This document shows positions 42,284 to 54,666 of a stretch of DNA of 64,000 nt, piece by piece. The stretch's first letter is position 1; the number at the start of each line of letters is the position of its first letter. Location: contig CAWDVE010000017.1 in NCBI GenBank assembly GCA_963805625.1, positions 32,001-96,000 on the forward strand, given 5' to 3'. The notes under the pieces were generated by a model. That model saw nothing but the letters and a program-made list of their open reading frames with translations, had not been told where the DNA came from and did no database searches. Made by a program: the position numbers and the translations under genes. This DNA comes from an uncultured Candidatus Rokubacteria bacterium. GTDB taxonomy: Bacteria > Methylomirabilota > Methylomirabilia > Rokubacteriales > DASRDR01.

Positions 42284-44047
42284 GTGGGCCCCGTCGGTGT
42301 CGCGTTCGTCGTCTCGCTGGCTGTCGCGCTTGCCGCTACGCTTGCTTGCGAGCGAGTTGCCCCCCGGCTCGGGCTCGTCGTCGCGCCCCGGGCCGACCGC
42401 TGGCACCGCCGGCCCGTGGCGCTCCTTGGCGGCGTGGCGATCATGCTCGGGATCCTGCCGGCGCTGGTGTGGGCCGGCGGTCTCCGGGGTCGCCTCGCGG
42501 AGCTGACGCTCGTCGCCCTCGCGATGGGGACGGTGGGGCTCGTGGACGACGTCCGGCCGCTGCGTCCGCCAGTCAAGCTGGTGGCGCAGATCGTCCTCGC
42601 GGGGCTCCTGGTGGAGCGCGACTTCGTGCTCCGGCTCACCGGGGTGGCCGTCCTCGACGTGGTGCTGACCCTCATCTGGGTGGTCGGCATCACGAACGCG
42701 TTCAACCTGCTCGACAACATGGACGGCCTGGCTGCCGGCATGGCGGTCATTGCAGGAGGATTCCGGCTGGCCCTCTTTCTCCTCGACGGGGACCTGGCCG
42801 CGGCGACGATGACCGCAGGGTTCGTCGGCGCGGTGGTGGGCTTCCTCGTGAGGAACGCCCCGCCGGCCCGGATCTTCATGGGCGACGCGGGGAGCCTCTT
42901 CCTGGGCTTCTTCCTGAGCGGTCTCTGCCTCGTCGTCGACGCCGCGTTCTACTCACGCGGGATCACCGCGGTGCTGGCGGTGCCGGTGCTGCTGGTGCTG
43001 ATCCCCATCTTCGACACCACCTTCGTGACGGTCACGCGGCTCCTCCGCGGGCAGCCGGTCTCGCAGGGTGGGCGCGACCACACGTCGCACCGGCTGGTGG
43101 CGCTCGGGGGCAGCGAGGGGCGGGCCCTGGCCGTACTCTACGGGCTGTCGATCATCGGGGGGGGCGTCGCACTCCTCACGTACCGGGCCGATCTCGGGAC
43201 GGCCGTGGTCCTCCTCCCGCTGCTCCTGGTGGGGCTGACGCTTCTCGGGATCCATCTGAACCAGGTCGAGGTCGTGCGCGCGGGGCCGGCGCCCGCGGGC
43301 CGGGCGGTCGTCCGGCTCGTGCAGGACTTCCCGTACAAGCGGGAGGTGGCGTCGGTCGTCCTCGACTCGATCCTCATCATGGTCGCGTACTACGCGGCGT
43401 ACGTCCTGCGCTTCGAGGAGGCGTTCGCGGCCAACAAGCCCATGCTGATCCAGACACTGGCGCCGGTCCTCGTCTGCCAGCTCTCGGCCCTCGCGTTCTC
43501 GGGGGCGTACCGGGGGATGTGGCGGTACACGGGTTTGTCGGACCTCTTGCGGCTCGGGCGCGGCATCACGCTGGGCACCGTGGCGAGCGTCCTCTACCTC
43601 CTGTTCACGACGCGGTTCGCCGGGCTGTCCCGCGCCGTGTTCGTGCTCGACTGGCTCCTGGTCGCGGTGCTGGTCGGGGCGAGCCGCGCGTCGTTCCGGC
43701 TGCTCGGCGAGGTGCTCCGGACGCCGCACGCGGGGGCGAGGCCGGTGCTCGTCTACGGTGCAGGCGACGGCGGCGAGCTGGCGCTTCGGGAGCTCCGCAA
43801 CAACGCGGGGCTCGCGCGGGACGTGCGGGGGTTCATCGACGACGACCGGGCGAAGGCGGGTACGCGCATCCACGGGGTGCCCGTGCTGGGCCCGCTCCAC
43901 GAGCTGGAGGCGCTGCTGCGGGCGCACCCGGTCGAGGAGGTCGTCGTCGCCTCGCGCAAGATCCCGACCGAGCGGCTGCGCCGCCTGGAGGCGACCTGCG
44001 CCGCGCACGGGGTGGTGGTGCGGCGCGCATCGGTCCAACTCGAGTGA
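42284..44047 (+). CDS. MraY/WecA-family phosphoglycosyltransferase fused to a CapD-like TM and Rossmann module
   Basis: GLVDD, NAFNLLDNMDGL, IFMGDAGS and DHTSHRL; C-terminal VLVYGAGDGG..GFIDDD. Confidence 0.88.
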   Translation: MGPVGVAFVVSLAVALAATLACERVAPRLGLVVAPRADRWHRRPVALLGGVAIMLGILPALVWAGGLRGRLAELTLVALAMGTVGLVDDVRPLRPPVKLVAQIVLAGLLVERDFVLRLTGVAVLDVVLTLIWVVGITNAFNLLDNMDGLAAGMAVIAGGFRLALFLLDGDLAAATMTAGFVGAVVGFLVRNAPPARIFMGDAGSLFLGFFLSGLCLVVDAAFYSRGITAVLAVPVLLVLIPIFDTTFVTVTRLLRGQPVSQGGRDHTSHRLVALGGSEGRALAVLYGLSIIGGGVALLTYRADLGTAVVLLPLLLVGLTLLGIHLNQVEVVRAGPAPAGRAVVRLVQDFPYKREVASVVLDSILIMVAYYAAYVLRFEEAFAANKPMLIQTLAPVLVCQLSALAFSGAYRGMWRYTGLSDLLRLGRGITLGTVASVLYLLFTTRFAGLSRAVFVLDWLLVAVLVGASRASFRLLGEVLRTPHAGARPVLVYGAGDGGELALRELRNNAGLARDVRGFIDDDRAKAGTRIHGVPVLGPLHELEALLRAHPVEEVVVASRKIPTERLRRLEATCAAHGVVVRRASVQLE

Positions 44048-44139
44048 GCGTGGGGCCGCCGCCCACGCGGCGGGCGCGCGTCCGGGTCACGGGATCGCCC
44101 CGGACACGGAGCGCGTCCAGGCCCTCCTCCATGACCGGC

Positions 44140-45000
44140 TGCGCGTTCAAGGACCGGCCCGGCGTCACTCGGCGGCCCGAAACAGCTCCTCGCCGCGCTG
44201 AAGACGCAGCGCAATCTGGTACGTCTGACGTAGCGCCCGCGGGGTCGGGCTGTGCGCCGCCTCAAAGCGCGCCAGGGCGACCAGCGCGCGGCGGGCCGCT
44301 GCCGGACGCGCGGCCTTGAGCGCCCCATGCTGGCGCAAGGCGGCGCCCTCCAGCTCCTGGTAGTCGTGGAAGCGTCCTCCCGCAGGACGGCGCGGCCCAG
44401 GCTCTCGGTGTTGTGGACGGTGTCCCAGTCGCCGAACTCGTTGCTGGTCGGGAACCGGGCGATCCGGAGGCTGCTGGCCTGCGCCACGGCCTGGCCGTGC
44501 TCCGCAGGCGCGGTTCCTCGTCTCAGGGCAGTCAGGAGTGCGTCGACGATGGACTGGGGCTCGTCACCCAGGAGACACGCCACGAGCTCGTCGAACTCTC
44601 CGGCGCCCAGCAATGCTCCGCGGCGGGACTCGCCGTCGAGACTTGGTAAGATCGCGGGTGCATCGATCCAGCCGAGATGATCCAGGAGCTCGACGAGCGA
44701 CCCGAGCGCCTCGAAGGCGCGCTCCACCAGAGCGGTCAAGTCGATCGGTCGGCGCCAAGCACTCCGTTCCTCGCTCCGCTCGGCGCGACACAGGCCGCCG
44801 CCGACGAAATAGTGATCGGTGACTCCGACAGGACCTCCCTCGGTTCCGCCAGGCCCGCGCGGCGGGGCGCCGCTCCGCGCCGGCCTCCACCCAGCCCCGG
44901 CGCGAGCCGCTGCCCGAACTCGCCACCGAGCGGTCCATCGTCCGGTGCCGGACGGACCCGAAGATCCGTCGCCGCCACGCCGTGGTGGAGCGCGCCTCCG
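44140..45000 (-). pseudogene. Decayed remnant of a Rieske-associated helical protein
   Basis: LRIARFPTSNEFGDWDTVH, LRED and QTYQIA.RLQRGE segments in broken frames. Confidence 0.5.
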
Positions 45001-45048
45001 TGCGCCTCGAGTGAGGAGCCGGCTGCTGACGGCGAGGCCGGCGCTTCC

Positions 45049-45077
45049 TTGACACCCCGCGAGGCGCCGTCAATAAT
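45049..45077 (+). promoter_or_regulatory. Sigma-70 promoter
   Basis: TTGACA-17bp-AATAAT just upstream of the ATG at 45087. Confidence 0.6.
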
Positions 45078-45086
45078 GACGCGGCG

Positions 45087-45371
45087 ATGACGAACACCGC
45101 GCCCCTGGGGGCGTTGGGAGCGCGCTTAACCGACGGACGTGCGGTGATCGGTGTGGCCGGGCTCGGCTACGTGGGGCTACCCTTGGCCGTGGAGCTTGCG
45201 CGAGCAGGATTCTCGGTCACGGACATCGCTCCGGACACGGAGCGCGTCCGGAGCGCCGGCCGGGATGAGAGCCACGTCGAGTGGCTCGTGATGCACGTCC
45301 GACTCGTGTTCGACACGCGGAACGTCACGCGCGACGTCAGAGTGGACCGGACCAGGGTCGTCCGGCTCTGA
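45087..45371 (+). pseudogene. Nucleotide-sugar dehydrogenase collapsed by internal deletion
   Basis: N-terminal GLGYVGLPLA joined in frame to C-terminal LVFDTRN..VVRL; 94 aa versus more than 400 typical. Confidence 0.8.
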
Positions 45372-45388
45372 CCGGCGCGAGGGCGCGC

Positions 45389-46360
45389 GTGCGAGCGCTG
45401 GTCACGGGCGGGGCCGGGTTCATCGGGTCGCACCTCACGGAGGCGTTGCTCGCGGCCGGCCGCGAGGTGGTCGTCCTGGATGACCTCTCGACGGGGCAGC
45501 TCGGGAACCTGGCGGGCGTGGCGGGTCACCCCCGTCTCGAGGTGGTCGCGGGGTCGGTCACCGACGAGACCCTCGTGCGGAAGCTCGTGACCGGAGCCGA
45601 CCTGGTCTACCACCTCGCGGCCGCGGTCGGCGTGCGGCTGATCCTCGATCGGCCGGTGGCGACGATCGAGACCAACATCATGGGGACCGAGACCATCCTC
45701 CGAGCGGCGCTCGAGGGGCGGCCCCGCGTGGTCCTGGCTTCCACGTCCGAGGTCTATGGCAAGAACGACCGCGTGCCCCTCTCCGAGGACGACGACCGGC
45801 TTCTCGGGCCAACGACGAAGAGCCGCTGGAGCTACGCGTGCTCGAAGGCGATCGATGAGTTCCTAGGGCTCGCGTACCACCGCGAGCACGGACTGCCCGT
45901 CACCATCGTCCGCTTCTTCAACACGATCGGACCCCGCCAGACGGGCCGGTACGGCATGGTGGTCCCGCGCTTCGTGCGCCAGGCGCTCGACGGAGGTCCG
46001 ATCACGGTCTACGGCGACGGCTGCCAGTCCCGGTGCTTCACGGACGTGGAGGACACCGTGCGCGCGACGATCGCGCTCTCGCTGGCCCCCGCGGCGGTCG
46101 GCGGGGTGTTCAACGTGGGGACCACGCACGAGCTGACCATCCGAGCGCTCGCCGAACGCGTGCGCGCGCTGGCAGGCAGTGACTCACCGATCGTGCTCGT
46201 GCCGTACGATGAAGCTTACCAGCCCGGGTTCGAGGACCTGCAGCGGCGCGTGCCGGACATCCGGAAGGCGGAGCGCGTGGTCGGCTACCGGCCCCGCGTG
46301 CCGCTCGACGAGACCCTCCGGCGCGTGATCGGCCATCTCCGCAACACCGGCCACAGCTAG
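45389..46360 (+). CDS. NAD-dependent sugar epimerase/dehydratase
   Basis: TGGAGFIGS, STSEVYGK, YACSK and FFNTIGPRQ. Confidence 0.92.
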   Translation: MRALVTGGAGFIGSHLTEALLAAGREVVVLDDLSTGQLGNLAGVAGHPRLEVVAGSVTDETLVRKLVTGADLVYHLAAAVGVRLILDRPVATIETNIMGTETILRAALEGRPRVVLASTSEVYGKNDRVPLSEDDDRLLGPTTKSRWSYACSKAIDEFLGLAYHREHGLPVTIVRFFNTIGPRQTGRYGMVVPRFVRQALDGGPITVYGDGCQSRCFTDVEDTVRATIALSLAPAAVGGVFNVGTTHELTIRALAERVRALAGSDSPIVLVPYDEAYQPGFEDLQRRVPDIRKAERVVGYRPRVPLDETLRRVIGHLRNTGHS

Positions 46361-46378
46361 GGAGGAGAGCGCCGCCGC

Positions 46379-47254
46379 GTGTTCGGTGCCTTGGTCGCCT
46401 CGCTCAGGCCGCGCCAGTGGACCAAGAACCTCTTAGTCTTCGCGGGCCTGATCTTCTCGCGAGGCCTCCACGAGCCGGCGCTGGTGGCCCGCTCGGGGCT
46501 GGCATTCGCCCTCTTCTGCCTCCTCTCAGGGGGGGTGTACCTGATCAACGACGTGATGGACGCCGAGCGCGACCGGGCGCACCCGCAGAAGCGGCAGCGC
46601 CCCGTCGCCTCGGGCCGCCTGCCCGTGGGGATCGCGCTGGTGGCAGGGGTCGGCGTCCTGATCGGGACCGCGGCGGCCGCCTTCTTCCTGTCGGTCTCCT
46701 TCGGGATGGTGGCCGTCGCGTACGCAGTCCTGCTCACCGCGTACTCGGCAGGGCTCAAGCACGTGGTCATCGTGGACACCCTAATCATCGCGGGCGGGTT
46801 CGTGCTGCGCGCCTTGGCCGGGGTGATCGTGCTCGGGATCGAGCCGTCCTACTGGCTCCTCCTGTGCACGATCCTGCTTGCGTTGTTCCTGACCTTCGGC
46901 AAGCGGCGCCACGAGCTCCTCGCGCTGGAGGCCGGGGCGACCGACCATCGCCCGATCCTGTCGGAGTACACGCCGCAGCTCTTGGACCAGATGATCGCGG
47001 TGGTGACCGCGTCGACCTTGATGGCCTACGCGCTCTACACCATGGCGCCGGATACGCAGGTGCGGCTGGGGACCGCGCGCCTGCCGCTCACGATCCCGTT
47101 CGTTCTCTACGGGATCTTCCGCTACCTCTATGTCCTCTACCGCCACGACCTGGGGGGGAACCCGTCCGAGCACTTCTTGACGGACCGGGCGCTCTTGGTC
47201 GACGTCGCCCTCTGGGGCGCGACGGTCATCGTCGTCCTCTACGTCGCGCCGTAG
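46379..47254 (+). CDS. UbiA-family polyprenyl-phosphate phosphoribosyltransferase
   Basis: RPRQWTKN, NDVMDAERDRAHPQKRQRPVASG and GKRRHE. Confidence 0.9.
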   Translation: MFGALVASLRPRQWTKNLLVFAGLIFSRGLHEPALVARSGLAFALFCLLSGGVYLINDVMDAERDRAHPQKRQRPVASGRLPVGIALVAGVGVLIGTAAAAFFLSVSFGMVAVAYAVLLTAYSAGLKHVVIVDTLIIAGGFVLRALAGVIVLGIEPSYWLLLCTILLALFLTFGKRRHELLALEAGATDHRPILSEYTPQLLDQMIAVVTASTLMAYALYTMAPDTQVRLGTARLPLTIPFVLYGIFRYLYVLYRHDLGGNPSEHFLTDRALLVDVALWGATVIVVLYVAP

Positions 47255-47314
47255 CGCCCAGCCCAACTGCCCCCGATTGATGCCGATCGGCTCATACACC
47301 GCCGTCGTGGGGGC

Positions 47315-47680
47315 CTAAGGCACGGCGGTCCCGAACGCCCGCTCGAAGAGTGACCCGACGAGCCACCCGACCAGGGTGGAGCCGAGCGCGACGGAGGCGA
47401 ACTCGAGGCGGGACCGCAGGAGGGGGCGGCCGGTGAGGACACCTTTCAAGATCCCCACGCTCAGCAGCACCGCGACCGAGAGCGACCAGGAGAGGGGCAG
47501 GGCGAGCCGGCGTCCCATCAACACGAGGGGGCGAGGGGAATGGCCGCGCCGACGCGGGTTCTGCGGCCAGGCGAAGTTCTCCCCGGGCGAGCCCGCCTCG
47601 CCGTCCCGGCCCTCGCCCATGAAGACGACGCGGTGGGCGACCTCGTCGAACAGCATGAGCTTCGGCTGTATGGGCGAGCG
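47315..47680 (-). pseudogene. Chimeric remnant: ABC ATPase C-terminus plus VIT1/CCC1-like C-terminus
   Basis: QPKLMLFDE and VAHRVVFM followed by hydrophobic LLSVGILKG..G...LRS.LE helices. Confidence 0.45.
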
Positions 47681-47836
47681 CCCGCGCGGTGGCGACGCGC
47701 TGCTGCCGGCCGCCGACAGCTGCCCCGGGTAGGCGTCCGCGTTCTCGGTGAGGCCGCCGATTCTCGCGCTCGTGATGCCGGGGACGGGCTCCGCCACTTC
47801 GGCCCGGCGCCGGGCGGGCGGTGGTAGACTTCGTTC

Positions 47837-48910
47837 ATGCCCGCCCGGGTCGCGGTCCTGCGTACCAGTCCCGACACCGTCGTCGGCGACTACGGGCGTC
47901 TCATGAGGCTCTCTGGGTACCAGGCGGTTCTGCCGCGGGACGGCGAGCTCCTCCTCAAGCTCAACCTCTCGTGGACCAAGTACTTTCCTGCGTGCTCCAC
48001 GCAGCCGTGGCAGCTCGACGGCGTGGTCCGGACGCTGCTCGAGGACGGGTACCGGCCGGAGCGGATCCACCCGGTCGAGAACAAGACCGTGGTCACCAAC
48101 CCGCGCAAGGGAGTCGTTGCCAACAAGTGGGGGCCGATCCTGGACCGCCACGGCCTGCCCTTCATCCCGCTGCCCGAGGTGGAGTGGATCGTCTACCCCT
48201 TCAAGAGTCCGCTCCTGAAGCTGAACCGCATCTTTCCGGAGGGGATCGAGATTCCCAAGATGTACGTCGGCGCGAGCGTGCTTCACATGCCGACGGTGAA
48301 GACGCACGGGCACTCCGTGACGACCGGCGCGGTCAAGAACGCGTTCGGCGGGCTCCTGAAGGAGGTTCGGCACTACGCGCACGAGTTCATCCACGAGGTC
48401 CTGGTCGATCTGCTCTACATGCAGCGGGAGCTCCACCCGGGTGTGTTCGCCGTCATGGACGGCACCGTGGTGGGGGACGGGGCGGGTCCGCGCACGATGC
48501 TCCCGCGCGAGGGGAACCTCATCCTCGCCTCGGCCGACTCCGTGGCGATCGACGCGATCGCGGCGCGCCTCATGGGCTACGACCCGCTCGCCATCCCGTA
48601 CCTCCGGATGGCCCACGAGCGGGGACTCGGGGTGGCCGATCCGCGGGAGATCGAGCTGGTCGGCGACGACGTGGCCGACGTGAACTTCCGATGTCAGACG
48701 TCCCGGAGTCTGGTCATCTGGGGAGACCAGCTGATTCGGAAGGGCCCCCTCCGACCGCTCAAGCACCTCCTGCTCCACTCGCCCCTGGTGGTCTGGGCGC
48801 CGTTCGCCTCGAACGTCTACCACGATGTCCTGTGGTACCCGACCGTGGGCCGTGGGCGCATCCGGGCCTTCGCGAACACGGGCTGGGGACGGCTCTTCGC
48901 GCGGTACTGA
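47837..48910 (+). CDS. DUF362 family protein
   Basis: LLKLNLSW, MPTVKTH, TTGAVKNAFG, DGTVVGDGAGP and DSVAID. Confidence 0.85.
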   Translation: MPARVAVLRTSPDTVVGDYGRLMRLSGYQAVLPRDGELLLKLNLSWTKYFPACSTQPWQLDGVVRTLLEDGYRPERIHPVENKTVVTNPRKGVVANKWGPILDRHGLPFIPLPEVEWIVYPFKSPLLKLNRIFPEGIEIPKMYVGASVLHMPTVKTHGHSVTTGAVKNAFGGLLKEVRHYAHEFIHEVLVDLLYMQRELHPGVFAVMDGTVVGDGAGPRTMLPREGNLILASADSVAIDAIAARLMGYDPLAIPYLRMAHERGLGVADPREIELVGDDVADVNFRCQTSRSLVIWGDQLIRKGPLRPLKHLLLHSPLVVWAPFASNVYHDVLWYPTVGRGRIRAFANTGWGRLFARY

Positions 48911-49017
48911 CGCGCCGCCCGGGCGGGCGGGTCCGAGGGGCCTCGGTCGCCTTCTCGCGGGTCCAGGTTCCGCTTTCTTGAGGCCAAGGGCCGACTTCCT
49001 CTAAAATCGTGTCCTCC

Positions 49018-50466
49018 ATGGCAGAATCCGTTCGCGCCCGCTTCGCGCCGAGCCCAACCGGGCACCTTCACGTCGGAGGAGCCCGGACGGCGCTCTTCAA
49101 CTGGCTGTTCGCCCGCCATCACGGCGGGGTCTTCCTTCTCCGGATCGAGGACACCGACCGCGACCGGTCGACCGACGAGGCGATCCAGCAGATCCTCGGC
49201 GCGATGACCTGGCTCGGGCTCGACTGGGACCCGGAGGGCCCGGAGGACGACGGCGCGTACCGCGGGTACTTCCGGCAGACCAGCCGGTTCGAGACCTACC
49301 GGGTCCACGCCGAGCGCCTTCTCGCCGAGGGCCGGGCCTACCGCTGCTACTGCACGCCGGAGGAGCTTGACGCGCGGCGGGAGGCGGCCCAGGCGCGCGG
49401 GGAGACCTTCCGGTACGACGGCCGCTGCCGCGACCTCCCGGCCCGTCCCGGCGTGCCCGCGGCGCTCCGGCTCCGGATCCCGGACGCGGGGACGACGGTC
49501 GTGCCCGATCTGATCCACGGGGACGTGACGTTCGACCGCGCCAGCCTCGACGACTGGATCCTCGTTCGGTCGGACGGCACGCCGACCTACAATTTCTGTG
49601 TGGTGGTCGACGACGTCACCACGAAGATCACCCACGTGATCCGGGGCAACGACCACCTCTCGAACACGCCGAAGCAGATCCTCTGCTACGAGGCGCTCGG
49701 GTATGCGCAGCCGGTGTTCGCCCACATCCCCATGATCCTCGGCCCGGACCGGAAGCGCCTGTCCAAGCGCCACGGCGCGACCTCGGTGCTCGCGTTTCGG
49801 GATGAGGGGTTCCTGCCCGAGGCGATGGTGAACTACTTCGCCCGGCTCGGGTGGGCCCACGGGGACCAGGAGGTGTTCACCCGGGGGGAGCTGATCCGCC
49901 TCTTCGACCTCCGGCAGGTCGGCGCCACGCCGGCGATCTTCGACCGGACCAAGCTCGAGTGGCTCAATCAGGTCTGGGAGAAGCGGCTGGCGGAGGATCC
50001 AGCCGGCCGCGAGGAGCTGGCGAAGGCGTTCGTCCCGCATCTCGAACGGGTCGGAATCGCCAATCCACCGGGGGCGCTGGTCATCTCGGCCGTGGTGAAC
50101 CTCGCCACGCGCGCCACCACGCTTGCCGCCATGGTCCCGAAGGCGCGCTTCTACTTCGAGGACCCGACGGCGTACGACCCGACGGCATTCGGCAAGCTGG
50201 CCATGCCGACCCTCGGCTCGCGCCTGGACCGGCTCCTCGCTCGCCTGGCGGCCCTCGAGCTCTGGACCGAGACCGAGCTCGAGGGCGCGTGTCGGCAGCT
50301 CGCCGGCGAGCTAGGCGTGAAGCTGGTCGACCTCGCGCAGCCGGTGCGCCTCGCGCTGACGGGCGAGACCGCGAGCCCCCCAATCTTTGGCATGATGACC
50401 GACCTGGGACGGGAGACGACGCTGCGTCGCCTCCGCGCGTTCCGGGATCGCGTGCCGCGGTCCTAA
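49018..50466 (+). CDS. gltX: Glutamate--tRNA ligase
   Basis: RFAPSPTG, HVGG, LRIEDTD, HVIRG and RLSKR. Confidence 0.96.
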   Translation: MAESVRARFAPSPTGHLHVGGARTALFNWLFARHHGGVFLLRIEDTDRDRSTDEAIQQILGAMTWLGLDWDPEGPEDDGAYRGYFRQTSRFETYRVHAERLLAEGRAYRCYCTPEELDARREAAQARGETFRYDGRCRDLPARPGVPAALRLRIPDAGTTVVPDLIHGDVTFDRASLDDWILVRSDGTPTYNFCVVVDDVTTKITHVIRGNDHLSNTPKQILCYEALGYAQPVFAHIPMILGPDRKRLSKRHGATSVLAFRDEGFLPEAMVNYFARLGWAHGDQEVFTRGELIRLFDLRQVGATPAIFDRTKLEWLNQVWEKRLAEDPAGREELAKAFVPHLERVGIANPPGALVISAVVNLATRATTLAAMVPKARFYFEDPTAYDPTAFGKLAMPTLGSRLDRLLARLAALELWTETELEGACRQLAGELGVKLVDLAQPVRLALTGETASPPIFGMMTDLGRETTLRRLRAFRDRVPRS

Positions 50467-50475
50467 GGCGCCGCG

Positions 50476-51099
50476 ATGGAGTGCTGGCTGGTGCGGCACG
50501 GCGAGTCCACCTGGAACTCGGTCGGGCGCTTTCAGGGCGGGCTCGACGCCCCGCTGTCGCCCCGCGGCCAGGCGCAAGCCGCAGCACTCGCCGCCGGACT
50601 CACCCAGACCCGGTTCGACGCGCTCTACACGAGTCCGCTCCGCCGCGCGCGCGACACGGCCGCGGCGTGCCGACCCGCGCTCGGCCTCGAGCCGGTCGCG
50701 CTGCACGACCTGCGGGAGGTCGGGCTGGGTGCCTGGGAGGGCCTCACCCTCGAGACGGTGCTGGCGCAGGACGGGGAGCGTTACCGGCGCTGGCTCGAGG
50801 CGCCCGTCGACCACCCGCCCCCCGGCGGTGAGCCCATGGCGGGTCTCGCGACGCGGGTGCAGACCGCGCTCGACGGGCTCTGCCGTCGGCACCCCGAGGG
50901 CCGCGTGCTCGTGATCTCGCATGGAGGGGCGATCTCTAGCGCCCTCTGCGGGTGGCTCGGCTGGCCGCTCAACGCGATCTGGTCGCTGCGGCTCGACAAC
51001 GCGTCCATCACCCGTGTCGTGCTGCCGGCGGGCCAGCTACTCGCGCTGAACGAGACCGGTCACCTGACCGACGTCGCCAGGGAGACGGTTGCCCCATGA
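50476..51099 (+). CDS. Histidine phosphatase (PGM family)
   Basis: RHGE, SPLRRA and SHGG. Confidence 0.92.
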   Translation: MECWLVRHGESTWNSVGRFQGGLDAPLSPRGQAQAAALAAGLTQTRFDALYTSPLRRARDTAAACRPALGLEPVALHDLREVGLGAWEGLTLETVLAQDGERYRRWLEAPVDHPPPGGEPMAGLATRVQTALDGLCRRHPEGRVLVISHGGAISSALCGWLGWPLNAIWSLRLDNASITRVVLPAGQLLALNETGHLTDVARETVAP

Positions 51100-52702
51100 C
51101 CTCGCGGCTCCTGATCGTCCTCTTCGGCGGGATGGCGCTGCTGCTCTACGGGATGCAGCACACCGGGGACGGGCTCCAGCGAGTCGCGGGCGCTCGCCTG
51201 CGCCAGGTGCTGACCCACCTGACCGCGAACCGGTTCATGGCGCTCCTGACCGGCGCCGCGGCGACCGCCCTGATCCAGTCGTCGACCGCAACCACGATCA
51301 TGGTGATCGGGTTCGTCCAGGCCGGGCTCTTGTCCCTCTACCAGGCGATGGGCATCATCCTGGGCGCGGACATCGGGACGACGTTCACCGTCCAGCTGCT
51401 GGCGTTCCACATCTACGACTACGCGCTCCTCTTCGTCGGGATCGGTTTCGGGATGACCTTCCTCGGCAAGCGGCGGCTCCTCAAGGACCTCGGTCAGGCC
51501 GTCCTCGGGTTCGGACTGATCTTCCTCGGCTTGAAGCTGATGATCGAGGGGATGGAGCCGCTCAAGGACAACGCCATCCTCGCCCAGGCGCTGCTCGCGT
51601 TCGCCGAGACGCCGATCCTCGGCGTCGCCGCGTCCGCGGCCTTCGCGGCTCTGGTCGCGTCCTCGGCGGCCACGATCGGGCTCGTGATCGCGCTGGCCTC
51701 GCACGGGCTCCTCACCCTGCCCGGCGCGCTCCCGCTCGTCCTGGGCGCCAACATCGGCACCTGCGTGACGGCGCTCACCGCATCGCTCGGCTCCTCGACG
51801 GAGGCACGGCGGGTCGCCGCGGCCCACGTGGGCTTCAAGCTCCTCGGGGTGGCGATCGTGCTCCCGTTCCTCGATCCGTTCGTCGGGCTCGTGGCCGCCA
51901 GCGCGGTGGATCCCGCGCGCCAGATCGCCAACGCCCATACCTTCTTCAACGTGGCGATCTCGCTCCTGTTCCTTCCCTTCCAGCCGCTCGCGGCCCGGCT
52001 GATCATCGCGGCCGTGCCGGACCGGCCGGAAGCGGAGCAGCGTTTCGGCACGCGCTACCTGGACGAGCGGTTTATGGAGCAGCCGAGCCTCGCGATCGGC
52101 CAGGCCTCCCGTGAGGCGTCGCGGATGGCGGACATCGTCCAGGGGATGCTCCGAGACGCCGCCGCCGTGTTCCGGAGCGGGAGCCAGGAGCTCCTCGAGG
52201 AGGTGGTGCGTCGCGACGACCAGGTGGACTACCTCGAGCGGGAGGTCAAGCTGTACCTCACCCGGCTGGATCGCCACATCATGACCGAGGACCTCGCGCG
52301 GCGGGAGATCGCGCTCCTCGGATTCATCGGCAATCTCGAGAACATCGGCGACATCATCGACAAGAACCTCATGGAGCTCGCCCGGAAGAAGCTCTACCAG
52401 GGTCGCCGCTTCTCGGAGCCCGGGGAGGCGGAGCTCATGGAGTTTCACGCGCTCGTCTCGAAGAACTTCGAGCGTGCGGTCGTCGCGTTCACGGCCAGCG
52501 ACCGTACGCTGGCCAACGAGGTCCTCGACCAGCGGCCCGTGGTCCGCCAGCGGGAGCGGGAGCTCCGGCAGTCTCACATCGACCGTCTCCGGGCCGGGCT
52601 GGCCGAGTCCGTCGAGACCTCGGAGATCCACCTGGACGTCCTCACGAACCTCAAACGCATCAGCTCCCACGTGACGGCGCTGGTGTATCCGATCGTCGAG
52701 CA

Positions 52703-52706
<4 letters not shown>
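51096..52706 (+). CDS. Na/Pi cotransporter with PhoU-like domains
   Basis: IQSST, GADIGTT, GANIGT and IANAHTFFN; helical C-terminus. Confidence 0.9.
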
Positions 52707-54573
<1,867 letters not shown>

Positions 54574-54666
54574 CCCGCCCCTCGCCCCCAGCGTCACGCG
54601 TTGGGTGGAGGCGACGGCGGCGCGGCCCCGGCCTCCCGGCGGGGCCCGCGCGCATGGGGGGGCGAT

